43,432 nucleotides of DNA, taken from an uncultured Myxococcales bacterium. Its GTDB lineage: Bacteria; Myxococcota_A; Polyangia; Palsa-1104; JAEUJZ01. The translations under genes were made by a program, and so were the position numbers. Shown piece by piece: positions 1 through 9,507 of the stretch (positions are counted from its first letter, which is position 1; each line of letters begins with the position of its first letter). Under the pieces are notes generated by a model. It did not search any database and had not been told where the DNA came from. It was given only the letters and a program-made list of their open reading frames with translations. The stretch is from positions 1 to 43,432 of the forward strand of contig CALLYL010000404.1 of NCBI GenBank assembly GCA_937859535.1. Direction: 5' to 3'.

Positions 1-249
1 AGCTTTGGCAGCGGCCACGATCTCAACAACGGATTCCTGATGCTATCACCGATGGTGAAGGGCAACACCATCTTGGGCGGAGTCGATCCACTGACCACGC
101 TCACCTACGGCTTTGATGCTCGTACCGGTGCGGCCCAGCCCGGAAAGCTACTCACCAATGAGCCGGACATTTTCTCGGGTGTACTCACCGCGATGGGTGC
201 AAACCTGAGCGGAAGTGGACTCCCTGACGCCAGCGCGTTCAAGAGCTAA
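1..249 (+). CDS. 3' end of a CDS entering from the left edge (last ~82 aa). Product unknown, with a faint resemblance to C-termini of DUF1501/sulfatase-fold proteins.
   Basis: Frame 1 is open from nt 1 to the TAA at 247-249. The ORF track only starts it at the first Met (nt 40). No motif I can name with certainty. Confidence 0.4.
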   Translation, partial: SFGSGHDLNNGFLMLSPMVKGNTILGGVDPLTTLTYGFDARTGAAQPGKLLTNEPDIFSGVLTAMGANLSGSGLPDASAFKS

Positions 250-263
250 TACAGAGGATTTCC

Positions 264-2249
264 TTGCCTGTGCGGTACCTAACCACCCTCCTGAAGACCG
301 TCCTAGTTCCTTCCCTACTCTGTGCACTCACTGCCACCGCAGCGCCGACGCTGGAATCTCCCAAGTCAGGTGCCGACAAGCCGATCATTCCCGGTGAACT
401 CCATACCGACGAAGAGATCACGCGGGCACTGCGTGAGCACTACACCAAGCACGAGTTTCGCATTGCGATGCGAGATGGCGTCCGTCTGTTCACCCATGTT
501 TACGTTCCCAAAGATCGCTCACAGACCTATCCGATTCTGCTGATGCGAACCCCATATGGGATTGGGCCGTACGGAGTCGACAATTACCCTTCCACTCGCG
601 AGCCCCGCTGGATCCGCACCTTCTCACCGGCTCCGTCTCTGATCAGCCATGGGATGATCTTTGCGTTCCAAGACGTGCGCGGCAAGATGATGTCCGAAGG
701 GGCCTTCACAGACGTCACGCCCTACCTGCCGAGCAAGCGAAGCAAGAGCGATGTCGATCAGTCGAGCGACGCCTACGACACCATTGACTGGTTGGTCAAA
801 AACGTTCCAGGCAACAATGGGAAATTAGGCATCTGGGGGAATTCATATCCAGGCTTTTATGCCACCCAGGCTGCGATCGATGCGCATCCGGCCCTCAAGG
901 CAGTGTCCCCTCAGATGCCGGTGACAGAGTGGTTTCTCGGCGATGACTTCCACCACAATGGAGCGCTGTTTCTCGCCGACGCCTTTTTGTTCTATGCAAA
1001 CTTTGGCAAAGCCCGGCCAAAGCCGACCGCCAAAGGACGCTGGGACTTCGAGCACGATACGGGCGACATCTACGATTACTTTCTGCACCTTGGGCCTCTG
1101 TTCGATGCGGACACCCGCGTCGTAGGAGAATCGCTGCCGTTCTGGAAAGCCTGCGTCGAACATCAGTCTCGCGATGAATATTGGAAAGCGCGTGATCCTC
1201 GGCCCCATCTGCGCAACATCCGTCCGGCCGTGATGACGGTCGGTGGTCTGTATGATGCAGAGGACTTGTTTGGTGCCCTCGAAACCTACCGAGCCATTGA
1301 AAAGCAGAGTCCTGCCACCACCAGCACGCTCGTGCTCGGTCCCTGGAAGCACGGTGGACAGTACCGCAGCGACGGAGACGGACTGGGAGATCTGTCGTTT
1401 GGAGCCAAGACCTCGCGCTACTACCAAGACCACATTCTGGCTCCATTTTTCTTGCAGCATCTCAAGGGAATCAAGAGCGAAGCACCAGCCGAAGCGTGGG
1501 TGTTCGAGACCGGTTCCAATGAATGGCATCGCTATGGAACGTGGCCCCCTGCGGTCAAACAGACCACGTTCTACTTCTCTGCCCAGGGTCGGCTGTCGAA
1601 TGAGTCTGGGAAAGAGACTCCGCTCGCCATGGATAGCTATGTAAGTGACCCGAGCAAGCCGGTTCCGTACCGCGAGCGTCTGTCTGCGCAGCGCGAACCA
1701 GAATACATGGTGGAAGATCAGCGTTTCGCTTCGCGTCGACCCGATGTCCTGGTGTACGACGCGCCGCCGCTGGAGAGCGACACCACGGTGGCGGGCCCGA
1801 TCGAAGTGGATTTGTGGGTAGCCACCACGGGTAGCGATGCCGACTTTGTGGTCAAGCTGATCGATGTGTTCCCAGAGAACGCAGCGGACCCAGAGCCCAA
1901 TCCACGCGGCGTTCGGATGGGTGGCTATCAAGCGCTGGTCCGTGGAGAGGTGATGCGAAGTCGATTCCGGAACAGCTTTGAACAGCCAGAACCGATGACT
2001 CCCAACCAGCCAACCCGCGTGCGGTTCAAGCTGCCGGATGTCAATCACACCTTCCGGGTGGGACACCACATCATGGTTCAGGTGCAGAGCTCGTGGTTCC
2101 CACTGGTCGATCGCAACCCGCAAAAGTTTGTCGACATTTACCGGGCCAACCCGAGCGACTTCCAGGTCGCAACCCACAAGCTGTACCGAGGGGGAGACAA
2201 GCGTTCCTCGATTACGCTGCCACTGCTCACGGGCCGCTCGACCCCCTAA
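264..2249 (+). CDS. CocE/NonD family hydrolase (S15 X-Pro dipeptidyl-peptidase-like), secreted
   Basis: N-terminal hydrophobic signal (LVPSLLCALTATAAP). 'LLMRTPYG' family motif, 'GNSYPGF' serine nucleophile elbow (GxSxxG), and a long C-terminal beta-sandwich region typical of the family. Start is TTG 264 or GTG 270. Confidence 0.85.
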   Translation: MPVRYLTTLLKTVLVPSLLCALTATAAPTLESPKSGADKPIIPGELHTDEEITRALREHYTKHEFRIAMRDGVRLFTHVYVPKDRSQTYPILLMRTPYGIGPYGVDNYPSTREPRWIRTFSPAPSLISHGMIFAFQDVRGKMMSEGAFTDVTPYLPSKRSKSDVDQSSDAYDTIDWLVKNVPGNNGKLGIWGNSYPGFYATQAAIDAHPALKAVSPQMPVTEWFLGDDFHHNGALFLADAFLFYANFGKARPKPTAKGRWDFEHDTGDIYDYFLHLGPLFDADTRVVGESLPFWKACVEHQSRDEYWKARDPRPHLRNIRPAVMTVGGLYDAEDLFGALETYRAIEKQSPATTSTLVLGPWKHGGQYRSDGDGLGDLSFGAKTSRYYQDHILAPFFLQHLKGIKSEAPAEAWVFETGSNEWHRYGTWPPAVKQTTFYFSAQGRLSNESGKETPLAMDSYVSDPSKPVPYRERLSAQREPEYMVEDQRFASRRPDVLVYDAPPLESDTTVAGPIEVDLWVATTGSDADFVVKLIDVFPENAADPEPNPRGVRMGGYQALVRGEVMRSRFRNSFEQPEPMTPNQPTRVRFKLPDVNHTFRVGHHIMVQVQSSWFPLVDRNPQKFVDIYRANPSDFQVATHKLYRGGDKRSSITLPLLTGRSTP

Positions 2250-2271
2250 CAAGTGAAGTCGCCGCCGTAGG

Positions 2272-3438
2272 CTAGTTCGGGCCGAGTCTGCGGACTCTCT
2301 CTTCTAGCACCTTGAGCTTGTCGACAATCGGTGCACCACCACCGAGGAATCGCTGCTTCATCTGCTCGATTCGATTGAGCAGACGGACGCCGCGTTGGTG
2401 CTGTAGTTCCTCAATCTCTGAAACCACCGCAGCCAGCTCTCCGCCCAGTCCTTCGCCTCGACGCTTGCGCGCATGATCGGTCATCGCGCCGAGCAGCGAT
2501 TGACGCATCAGCTCACCGACTCGCTCCACAGAATAGAACTTCTTCATGTAGGAGCGGGTATCGACCCGCCGTGGCTGCCGGAGCAGTTGCGCCATCATTC
2601 GAGCCAGCTCTTCCGGGTTGTCCTGCGGACACAGGTTCAGCGGCTCTTCATGGCCACGATCAACCGCCAGCCGATTGAAGTCGCGCATTCCTTCCAGATC
2701 CGAACAGAGCACCGGAATGTTAGAGGAAAGCGCCTCCAAAATCGCCACCGGCATGCCTTCGAGCCGCGATGGAACCACGTACAGGGCATACTCAGGAAGA
2801 TGCGGCGCAGCCTCGGGAACAGGTCCACGCAGCTCCGCTCTCTGGAGGCCCACTGCGACCTTTTGTAGCTTGTCGAAATCCTCCCCCAGTCCATAACAGC
2901 GCAGTGAATATTCAGGAAGCTTGTCTTGGACTCTTTCCCAGCCTGCCAGCAGAACGTCGACTCCCTTGGCCCAATAGTACGTGGTCAGACAGCCCACCGC
3001 ATGACCGGGATTCGGACTACTTTGCAAGTCTGGGAATCGCTCGACATCGAGCATCAGCGGCACCACTGCACAGGGCCGACGAAACGTCTCGATCACATAG
3101 TCTGCCAGAAACGGTGAGTGGGTTATTAGGCGAGTCGGAACACTCTTATCGCAGTCCGCAGTGTCGGTTCGATGCACATACTCCACCGAAGCAATGCCAC
3201 TGCGCCGAATCGCCGACACCGCCCATGGAGGGGGCCAGTGATAGAGCACCACATCAAAGCCGCGCAGCTTGCTGATAAGATCCAGCTCGCCGGTCACGTA
3301 CTCATAGGTGAACGGCGGATTGTCGGTCTTTGCGCCCCCGGCCACAAACACCGGCGCATCAAACAGAAGCTGCTGAAGTCGGATCTGGGTCTCGACTCCG
3401 CCGTGCACCGCATTCTTGGTAACGATTGCAACCTTCAT
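2272..3438 (-). CDS. Glycosyltransferase family 4 (GT-B fold) with a C-terminal coiled-coil tail
   Basis: 'MKVAIVTKNAVHGGVETQ' N-terminus and 'PSRLEGMPVAILEALSSNIPVLCSD' (E-x7-E GT4 motif). Start moved to ATG 3438, which has a GGAG 7 nt upstream and sits 22 nt below the upstream stop. The longer ORF (to 3486) would overlap the neighbour. Confidence 0.85.
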   Translation of the reverse strand: MKVAIVTKNAVHGGVETQIRLQQLLFDAPVFVAGGAKTDNPPFTYEYVTGELDLISKLRGFDVVLYHWPPPWAVSAIRRSGIASVEYVHRTDTADCDKSVPTRLITHSPFLADYVIETFRRPCAVVPLMLDVERFPDLQSSPNPGHAVGCLTTYYWAKGVDVLLAGWERVQDKLPEYSLRCYGLGEDFDKLQKVAVGLQRAELRGPVPEAAPHLPEYALYVVPSRLEGMPVAILEALSSNIPVLCSDLEGMRDFNRLAVDRGHEEPLNLCPQDNPEELARMMAQLLRQPRRVDTRSYMKKFYSVERVGELMRQSLLGAMTDHARKRRGEGLGGELAAVVSEIEELQHQRGVRLLNRIEQMKQRFLGGGAPIVDKLKVLEERVRRLGPN

Positions 3439-3460
3439 CGAAGCTCCGCACCGTAATGGT

Positions 3461-4870
3461 TCATAGCCAAAAGAGCGCATCTTCACTACGACCCGCTTCC
3501 GCAGGAATCCAGCCGAAGTGCGACAGCAAAGCCAACCACCGCTTCCGCCAACGCGTCACATCAAAGTGCTGGGCAGATTGGCGGGCCGCGAGCTGAAGTC
3601 GAGTCCGCTCCGCACTGTGTTCAATCAGGTAGTTGATCGCCCCAGAGATTGACTCTGGATTCGGGCTCACTAGCAGTCCGTTGCTGCCGGACTGGATGAT
3701 GTCCGACAATCCACCGATATGCGTCGCCACCGTCGCGCAGCCAGAGGCCAGGCTCTCGATGCAAGACAGACTGGTGCCCTCGCAGGCAATGGTTGGGATC
3801 ACACAGATGTCTGCGGAACGATAGTAGTCCGGCATCTGTTCAAAGCTCGCCTTCAGAAACTGGAGCCGGGAATCCTGCTGCGCCAGCGCTTCGATGATTC
3901 GATTGTCCGGTCCGTCCCCTTCGCCAATCCACAGAATGCGACAGCGGTGCGGAATCCGCGACAAGATATCGCCCAGGATGCGGCTACCACGGTTGACATG
4001 ACTGCGGCGCGGAAACAGAATGGTCAGATCCTCTGCTGAGCGCTGAGGAGTCGGCCACTCCACCTGTGGATGAAAGAGTTCGGTATCCGCAAAGTTGGGC
4101 AGATAGACCATCTTCGTGGCGAGTTCGGGCCACAGCGCACGCACCACGTTGATCGAGTTGGTATCGACACTCACCACCAAGCCGGGCTGCGCAAAGCAAC
4201 GATGCAGGTGACGGAACCAGTCCTCACTACGGATTCCGAGTCCTTCATAGTTGCGATGGTCAAACCAGATGCCGTGACACAGGAGCAGCGCATCACGGCG
4301 CATTCGATGGGCAGAGGCGTACTCCGGTAAATTGTAGATCACTCCGTCATAGGAGTGACTGATATCGAAAAAATTCTCAGAGATTCCGTAGTCAAACTCC
4401 GAAAAACGCTGATGGGAAGGTAGCCCAATCACCTTGAATCCCGCACACTCTCCTTGAAACGGCTGATGGGCCCCTTGATAGATGGTCACCGTGCAGCCAG
4501 ACTCCCGCAACAATCCCGCAAGGGTCAGGCAGACGCGCTCGCCTCCACCATAAGTCGGGGCAAGAGATTTCCAGTCCAGCACCTGATTGGTGAGCAGTGC
4601 CACCGACTTGACGGGCTGGCCCCGTCTTCCCATCTTTGCGTTCGGAACACAGTCCGTTGCAACCAGTCGCCGCAGCAAATCGGAAGGATGAGGTCGGGCG
4701 GGCCTCCTGGCCTTGCTAACAGGATTCCTACGCTCCGCCAGAGAGGTCTGGACATCGTCCACATAAGCCGAAAACCGAGAATAGAACCGATGCCGACCCT
4801 CTTCCCCGCCGAGGAGAAAGTCGTCTTTCAATGAAGAGAGCCCGTTTCGCAGAGCATCAGGAAGAGACAT
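3461..4870 (-). CDS. Glycosyltransferase family 4 (GT-B fold)
   Basis: 'SVALLTNQV...GGGERV' N-terminal GT4 start and 'IPTIACEGTSLSCIESLASGCATVATHIGGLSDII' (E-x7-E region). About 85 aa of N-terminal extension. An internal start at ATG 4633 cannot be excluded. Confidence 0.8.
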   Translation of the reverse strand: MSLPDALRNGLSSLKDDFLLGGEEGRHRFYSRFSAYVDDVQTSLAERRNPVSKARRPARPHPSDLLRRLVATDCVPNAKMGRRGQPVKSVALLTNQVLDWKSLAPTYGGGERVCLTLAGLLRESGCTVTIYQGAHQPFQGECAGFKVIGLPSHQRFSEFDYGISENFFDISHSYDGVIYNLPEYASAHRMRRDALLLCHGIWFDHRNYEGLGIRSEDWFRHLHRCFAQPGLVVSVDTNSINVVRALWPELATKMVYLPNFADTELFHPQVEWPTPQRSAEDLTILFPRRSHVNRGSRILGDILSRIPHRCRILWIGEGDGPDNRIIEALAQQDSRLQFLKASFEQMPDYYRSADICVIPTIACEGTSLSCIESLASGCATVATHIGGLSDIIQSGSNGLLVSPNPESISGAINYLIEHSAERTRLQLAARQSAQHFDVTRWRKRWLALLSHFGWIPAEAGRSEDALFWL

Positions 4871-4926
4871 CGCTGCGGCTGCGTGTACCGTAATTTAAGG
4901 AACAAAGTCAAGGCCCGCCCGGCCCG

Positions 4927-4956
4927 TTGACAGTCGTCGCGTGGTTGCGATATACG
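4927..4956 (+). promoter_or_regulatory. Candidate sigma70-type promoter (TTGACA, 17-18 nt spacer, ATATAC/TATACG) immediately upstream of the 4964 ATG
   Basis: Perfect -35 hexamer TTGACA at 4927-4932. TATACG at 4951-4956, only 7 nt before the ATG, which would imply a leaderless or near-leaderless mRNA. Sequence match only. Confidence 0.3.
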
Positions 4957-4963
4957 AGCCGTA

Positions 4964-7900
4964 ATGCAACCGCTTACCTGCATTTACTGTGGCTCCTCGA
5001 ACTTCTCCCACGCCTATCAACGCGCTGATGGAAGAGCCATTGTCGGTTGCCAGGACTGCGGGCTCCTCTTCATTTCGGACATCCCCGATAACATCGCAGA
5101 GCTGTATGGCACCGATTACTTTCACAAGACAGAGTCCGCTTCTGGCAACGGCTACTCCAACTATGATGGACTCGATCCGATAGCCTTTCGCTGGCAGCTT
5201 GCGCTGTCGCGACTATTTTCCGGACACACTGCGGATTGTGCGAAGACGATCCTTGATCTCGGCTGCGCCACCGGCCACTTCCTGAAGATGGCTGGCGCTG
5301 CTGGATTTCACTGTGCAGGCGTCGAGATCAGTCCGAGTGCAGCAGAGTCCGTCCGCCAGCAGGGATTCCCGGTGCTGGTATCGTCGTTTGAGTCTGCAAA
5401 TCCAGCACCGGTTGACCTTGTTACGGCCTGGGATTTTATCGAACACGTGGTTGATCTTCGTACAACCTTTGAAAAAGTACGGAGCACCCTACTCGATGGC
5501 GGAGTGTTCCTGTTTGCAACCCCAGATGGGGGATCGGCGCGTGCCCAGGAGCATGGTGAAAAGTGGATCTGCCTAAATAGCTCTTTTGAGCATATTACAT
5601 ATCTCACTATCCCATTTTTGGAAAGAGCGCTCCGCGAAACCTTCGGTTGCGAACCACTACTGCTCAGCTTCGACGTTGGCGAGTTCTGGACCAGCATCAT
5701 CGGTATGGTCCGTGTGGGAGGATTGACCGAACAAGATCGGCGAATCGGACAGCTACTGCGCAGCCAAGAGCAACCGTCGAGCGATGAAGAGATCACCAAG
5801 TTCGGCAGTGAACTTGGCTTTTTCTACGCCACGTTCATGCAGCTCGCGGCTCTGTCGCGGCTGATCGAACGAGCCGACGGGCTACTCCCTCCAGCGACGG
5901 TTGCAGCCCTGCATGGCGGACTCCTGTACTTGTCTGATCAGTTCCCAGAATCCATCCCATGGCTGCGCCAAGGTCTTTCCGCAGAGCCACTGTGTGCCGC
6001 TTGGCTTGCCACTGCAAACGCGCATACCCTCACCCTACGCGAGCAGAACCATCAGTCCCAGCTCGAACAGCAGAACCGCAGTGCCGCAGACCAAATCGCC
6101 CGGCTCCGCAACGAAATCAATCAGCTTCGCGAAGTCAACGATCAGATCATCCATTCGGTGACGTGGAAGGTAGGACGCAAGATTACGCAGCCGATTGAAA
6201 GCGTTCCGCACAGTCGCGCCGTCCTTTCAGGGCTTCAGCAATTCCGCGAGCGAGGCCCGCTTCGCTCTCTGCAAGCCGCTCACAGCTATGTCCAAGCCAT
6301 CACGGATTCCAGCAGCGCCAACCAGAGCAAAGCCCAGCGACTCGCAACCGCGAGCCTGAAAGTGACCGAATACGTCACCGAGCATGTACACCCTGGCCGA
6401 CTTCCCAATCTGCTGACCGCCTTCCTACAGGACAAGCTGCCACTTCTGCGAAGCAAACAGAGCCAAGAGCCGGCCTCCGCTGGATTGGGTCTACCCAGCG
6501 AGATCCCGCCTCGCGATACCGTGACGCACACCAGTACCAGTCCGCGAAATTCCGATTCCGCATCGGCTGTGCCCGCCTCTGTTTTGCTCAGCGATCCGGC
6601 GCTCGTTCGCCATCAGGGCCTGCCACTGGTGAGCGTGATTCTGCCGGTCTACAATCAAACCGATCTGCTGCGTTCCTCGGTTCTCAGCGTACTATCCCAA
6701 AGCTATCCCCATCTTGAGCTGATCATAGTGGATGATGGCTCACGCGAAGACGTTGCGGCGTCGCTCGAAGGGCTTCTCGATCTGCCCTCAGTGCATCTGT
6801 TCCGTCAGGTCAATCAGAAACTACCACGGGCTCTGAGTAACGCGTTTCAGTTTGCCAAAGGAGAGCTGCTCACCTGGACCTCTGCGGACAACTTGATGCA
6901 TCCGCATGCCATCGCCCGACTGGCGGAGTCTCTGTTCCGTCATCCTGAGGCGGTGCTGGCCTATGCCGACGTTGACATTATTGATGACAATGGCAAACCA
7001 ATCACCGACGGCTCCTATCGTGAACTGAACGTCGACCCGATCGCTCCTGAAGTGGTGCGACTGTGTCGCAGTGATGTTCCGCTGTCCGCAGAACGCGATA
7101 ACTATGTGAACGCCTGCTTCCTGTATCGCCGGAACGCAGCGGCATCCATGGGCCATGTCTATTCTGACTCCCTGCGCGGTGCAGAAGACTATGATTTCTG
7201 GCTCCGCCTGCGTCGCTGCGGTCGACTTCTGCATATTGGGAATCGTGAGCCACTGTATTCCTATCGAGTACATCAACGATCCATGAGTCACGATCTGCTG
7301 ACCCAGGAACGCAACGAGCATTATGCACGGGTCTCTCTGCTCATCGATCTGGAGGAACAACGACGCAGCTTTGCCCGTCAGCGCTGGGACGTGGTGCTCG
7401 ATCCCGCCCTGCCCTACCGCACCCGCACCACGCTACAAGAACAGCTTCAACAACTGCCCGTCAACCTGGCCGTACCCGGTGCACAGGATGCGGGCAGTGG
7501 ACGCAAGAACCTCTCGATCGTTCCAGAGGATGCCCAGCCCGCGCAGAGTCGCTCATGGCAGGTCTTTGCACGGGTACTCCCGGACTCCTATGAACTGGTC
7601 TGCCGACCCTCACCGAGCGCGGTCCAGTCAGGTGTAGAACGTCCTCCGCAGCGCGAGCGCGTCATGCCCCTGCTACGCGGCTGCACGAGCAGTTCACTCC
7701 TTATGAAGGCCCGCGACGTTCAGCACTCGGCCCGAGCGCTGCCACCCGCAGTTGCGGGTCGCCCGGTGTTCGCGATTCCGGTACCGCTGCAGCGAATCGG
7801 CATCGACCGCCTGCGTCAGATCATCACGGCCAATCCCTGGGCCTACTTCTTGTTCGTCAGCGTTGCCAGTCCCAGTGAGATGCTCCGGCTAGAAGGACTG

Positions 7901-9505
7901 TCGAATGCAGGTTTCGTGGAAAAGTTCTTGCTCGACTCTTCCTATGAAGTTTATGGAATGGTGAACTGGACGCTCGTTCCGCCCTGTGAACCGCCGCTGT
8001 CTCAAGGAGAGTATCTGCAACAGCTCGCGGATTCTTATTCGACGGGACATCCGCTCATTTTGAGCAGTGGCCAGCCATTGGTCATGGCCCCCTATCAGCT
8101 CTGTCTTGGGGATGATCCATCCTTGTCACTGTCTTTTGCGAAGCAGCTCCGCCGCGATATGATGCAGTTGGAAGTCCTCAATTCCTATCTGGAGGAATGG
8201 CAGCCCGAACGATGCCTGGCCAACCTGCTGCGGCATGCCAATACCTTCGCACAGGACTTTGCGGTACCGCAGCCCAATACCGGAATCACACCGCCCCCGT
8301 ACGCGGAACCACAGCCGGTGCAAGTGATCAGCGCGGGAGCGCAGCCGCTCCGTAACGTGATGCTGGTGGATTCGCTCGATGTGGGAGGGCTGGAGGAAGT
8401 CGTCGCGTTCCTGGTCCGCAACCTCCACCAACATGGGGTCCGGACAGCAGTGGCTTGCTTCCAGCGCGGTGGACAGGTGGCAGACAAGCTACGCGCCGAA
8501 GGACACGACATTGTGCTGGCAGAAGGAAACGAACAGAGACTTCACAGCCAGCTTCAACAGCTCGATCCACAGATCATCAATTCGCACTACGCCAGCTTGC
8601 CCGCGCTGCTTGCTGCCGAGAGACTGAGCAGACCAATCGTTGAGACGATTCACAACACCTATGTCTGGCTAAGCCCAGAGCAGTGGAAGATCGAAGCAGA
8701 GCGGAGCCGCCGTTTTGCCAAAGGTCTGGCGGTGAGCGGCCTGGTAAAACGCTACTATCACGCGCACAATCCCACGCTGCCCACAGATCGAGTGATCGTG
8801 GTGGGAAATGCAATTGATCCGGAGCGGATTACCGCCGTTTCACGCGACGAGGCCAGGCGTGCTCTGGGGATTCCCGATTCAGCCACTCTCTTCCTGTGTC
8901 TCGGTCGCTACTGTTCGCAGAAGAACCAGATCGGAATCGTCCATGCGTTCGCGCAACTCGCAGCGCGTGATCCGCAGGCCATTTTGCTCTGCATGGGCAA
9001 CGTCCCACCAGAGGAGAGAGCTTACTATCAACAGCTTCAAGCGCTGTGCGAGAGCCTGCCTTGCCGCGATAGGATTCGGCTCGACAGCTATCACCCAAGC
9101 GTCTCTACCGTGCTCTCGGCCGCTGATGCCATGGTGATGAATTCCTTCTTTGAAGGCTGGAGCCTGGCCGCCACCGAAGCACTACTGACCGGAACACCGC
9201 TGATTCACAGCTTGTGCGGCAGCGCCGAGGAGTTGTGTGGAGCAAGCGCGGAGCGTGGCTTTGTGATTCCCAACCCCGGAGGAGACATTATGCAGCTCCA
9301 GATTGGGGCCCTGGTCGACATAGCCTCCCGCGCTGAACAACCGAATCAAACAGAGCTTATCCGCGCCATGGATCGCGTCGTGGCTGAGCGAGACAGACTC
9401 CGCTCCGATCGCGACGCCATCAGTGCTTATGCCCGGCGGGTCTTTCATCCGACCGCGATTCTATCGCGCTATACCCAGACCTTCCGTGCCCTTACGAGGA
9501 ATTGA
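4964..9505 (+). CDS. 1513-aa multidomain glycan-assembly enzyme: Zn-ribbon + class I SAM methyltransferase / coiled coil / GT2 / uncharacterised ~330-aa module / GT4
   Basis: CxxC...CxxC (aa 6-32). SAM motif I 'ILDLGCATGHF' (aa ~96). Heptad-rich 'LREQNHQSQLEQQNRSAADQIARLRNEINQLREVNDQI' (aa ~358-396). GT2 'VSVILPVYNQTDLLRSSVLSVLSQSYPHLELIIVDDGS' plus 'LTWTSADN' and 'EDYDFWLR' (aa ~555-785). GT4 'VMLVDSLDVGGLEEVV...FFEGWSLAATEALLTGTPLIHS' (aa ~1130-1513). Confidence 0.85.
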   Translation: MQPLTCIYCGSSNFSHAYQRADGRAIVGCQDCGLLFISDIPDNIAELYGTDYFHKTESASGNGYSNYDGLDPIAFRWQLALSRLFSGHTADCAKTILDLGCATGHFLKMAGAAGFHCAGVEISPSAAESVRQQGFPVLVSSFESANPAPVDLVTAWDFIEHVVDLRTTFEKVRSTLLDGGVFLFATPDGGSARAQEHGEKWICLNSSFEHITYLTIPFLERALRETFGCEPLLLSFDVGEFWTSIIGMVRVGGLTEQDRRIGQLLRSQEQPSSDEEITKFGSELGFFYATFMQLAALSRLIERADGLLPPATVAALHGGLLYLSDQFPESIPWLRQGLSAEPLCAAWLATANAHTLTLREQNHQSQLEQQNRSAADQIARLRNEINQLREVNDQIIHSVTWKVGRKITQPIESVPHSRAVLSGLQQFRERGPLRSLQAAHSYVQAITDSSSANQSKAQRLATASLKVTEYVTEHVHPGRLPNLLTAFLQDKLPLLRSKQSQEPASAGLGLPSEIPPRDTVTHTSTSPRNSDSASAVPASVLLSDPALVRHQGLPLVSVILPVYNQTDLLRSSVLSVLSQSYPHLELIIVDDGSREDVAASLEGLLDLPSVHLFRQVNQKLPRALSNAFQFAKGELLTWTSADNLMHPHAIARLAESLFRHPEAVLAYADVDIIDDNGKPITDGSYRELNVDPIAPEVVRLCRSDVPLSAERDNYVNACFLYRRNAAASMGHVYSDSLRGAEDYDFWLRLRRCGRLLHIGNREPLYSYRVHQRSMSHDLLTQERNEHYARVSLLIDLEEQRRSFARQRWDVVLDPALPYRTRTTLQEQLQQLPVNLAVPGAQDAGSGRKNLSIVPEDAQPAQSRSWQVFARVLPDSYELVCRPSPSAVQSGVERPPQRERVMPLLRGCTSSSLLMKARDVQHSARALPPAVAGRPVFAIPVPLQRIGIDRLRQIITANPWAYFLFVSVASPSEMLRLEGLSNAGFVEKFLLDSSYEVYGMVNWTLVPPCEPPLSQGEYLQQLADSYSTGHPLILSSGQPLVMAPYQLCLGDDPSLSLSFAKQLRRDMMQLEVLNSYLEEWQPERCLANLLRHANTFAQDFAVPQPNTGITPPPYAEPQPVQVISAGAQPLRNVMLVDSLDVGGLEEVVAFLVRNLHQHGVRTAVACFQRGGQVADKLRAEGHDIVLAEGNEQRLHSQLQQLDPQIINSHYASLPALLAAERLSRPIVETIHNTYVWLSPEQWKIEAERSRRFAKGLAVSGLVKRYYHAHNPTLPTDRVIVVGNAIDPERITAVSRDEARRALGIPDSATLFLCLGRYCSQKNQIGIVHAFAQLAARDPQAILLCMGNVPPEERAYYQQLQALCESLPCRDRIRLDSYHPSVSTVLSAADAMVMNSFFEGWSLAATEALLTGTPLIHSLCGSAEELCGASAERGFVIPNPGGDIMQLQIGALVDIASRAEQPNQTELIRAMDRVVAERDRLRSDRDAISAYARRVFHPTAILSRYTQTFRALTRN

Positions 9506-9507
9506 CC

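Noticed and set aside
843-2252. 469-aa antisense ORF covering most of the CocE/NonD gene. Similar long ORFs lie opposite or out of frame with real genes: 11517-12128 (-), 18162-18914 (+), 21548-22474 (+), 22123-23169 (+), 22052-22885 (-), 25926-26579 (-), 27075-27656 (-), 28117-28758 (+).
   Set aside because: The translations are Arg/Pro/Gly/His-rich low-complexity sequence with no motifs. Each lies entirely inside a CDS that has strong family motifs. These are typical shadow ORFs of GC-rich DNA.
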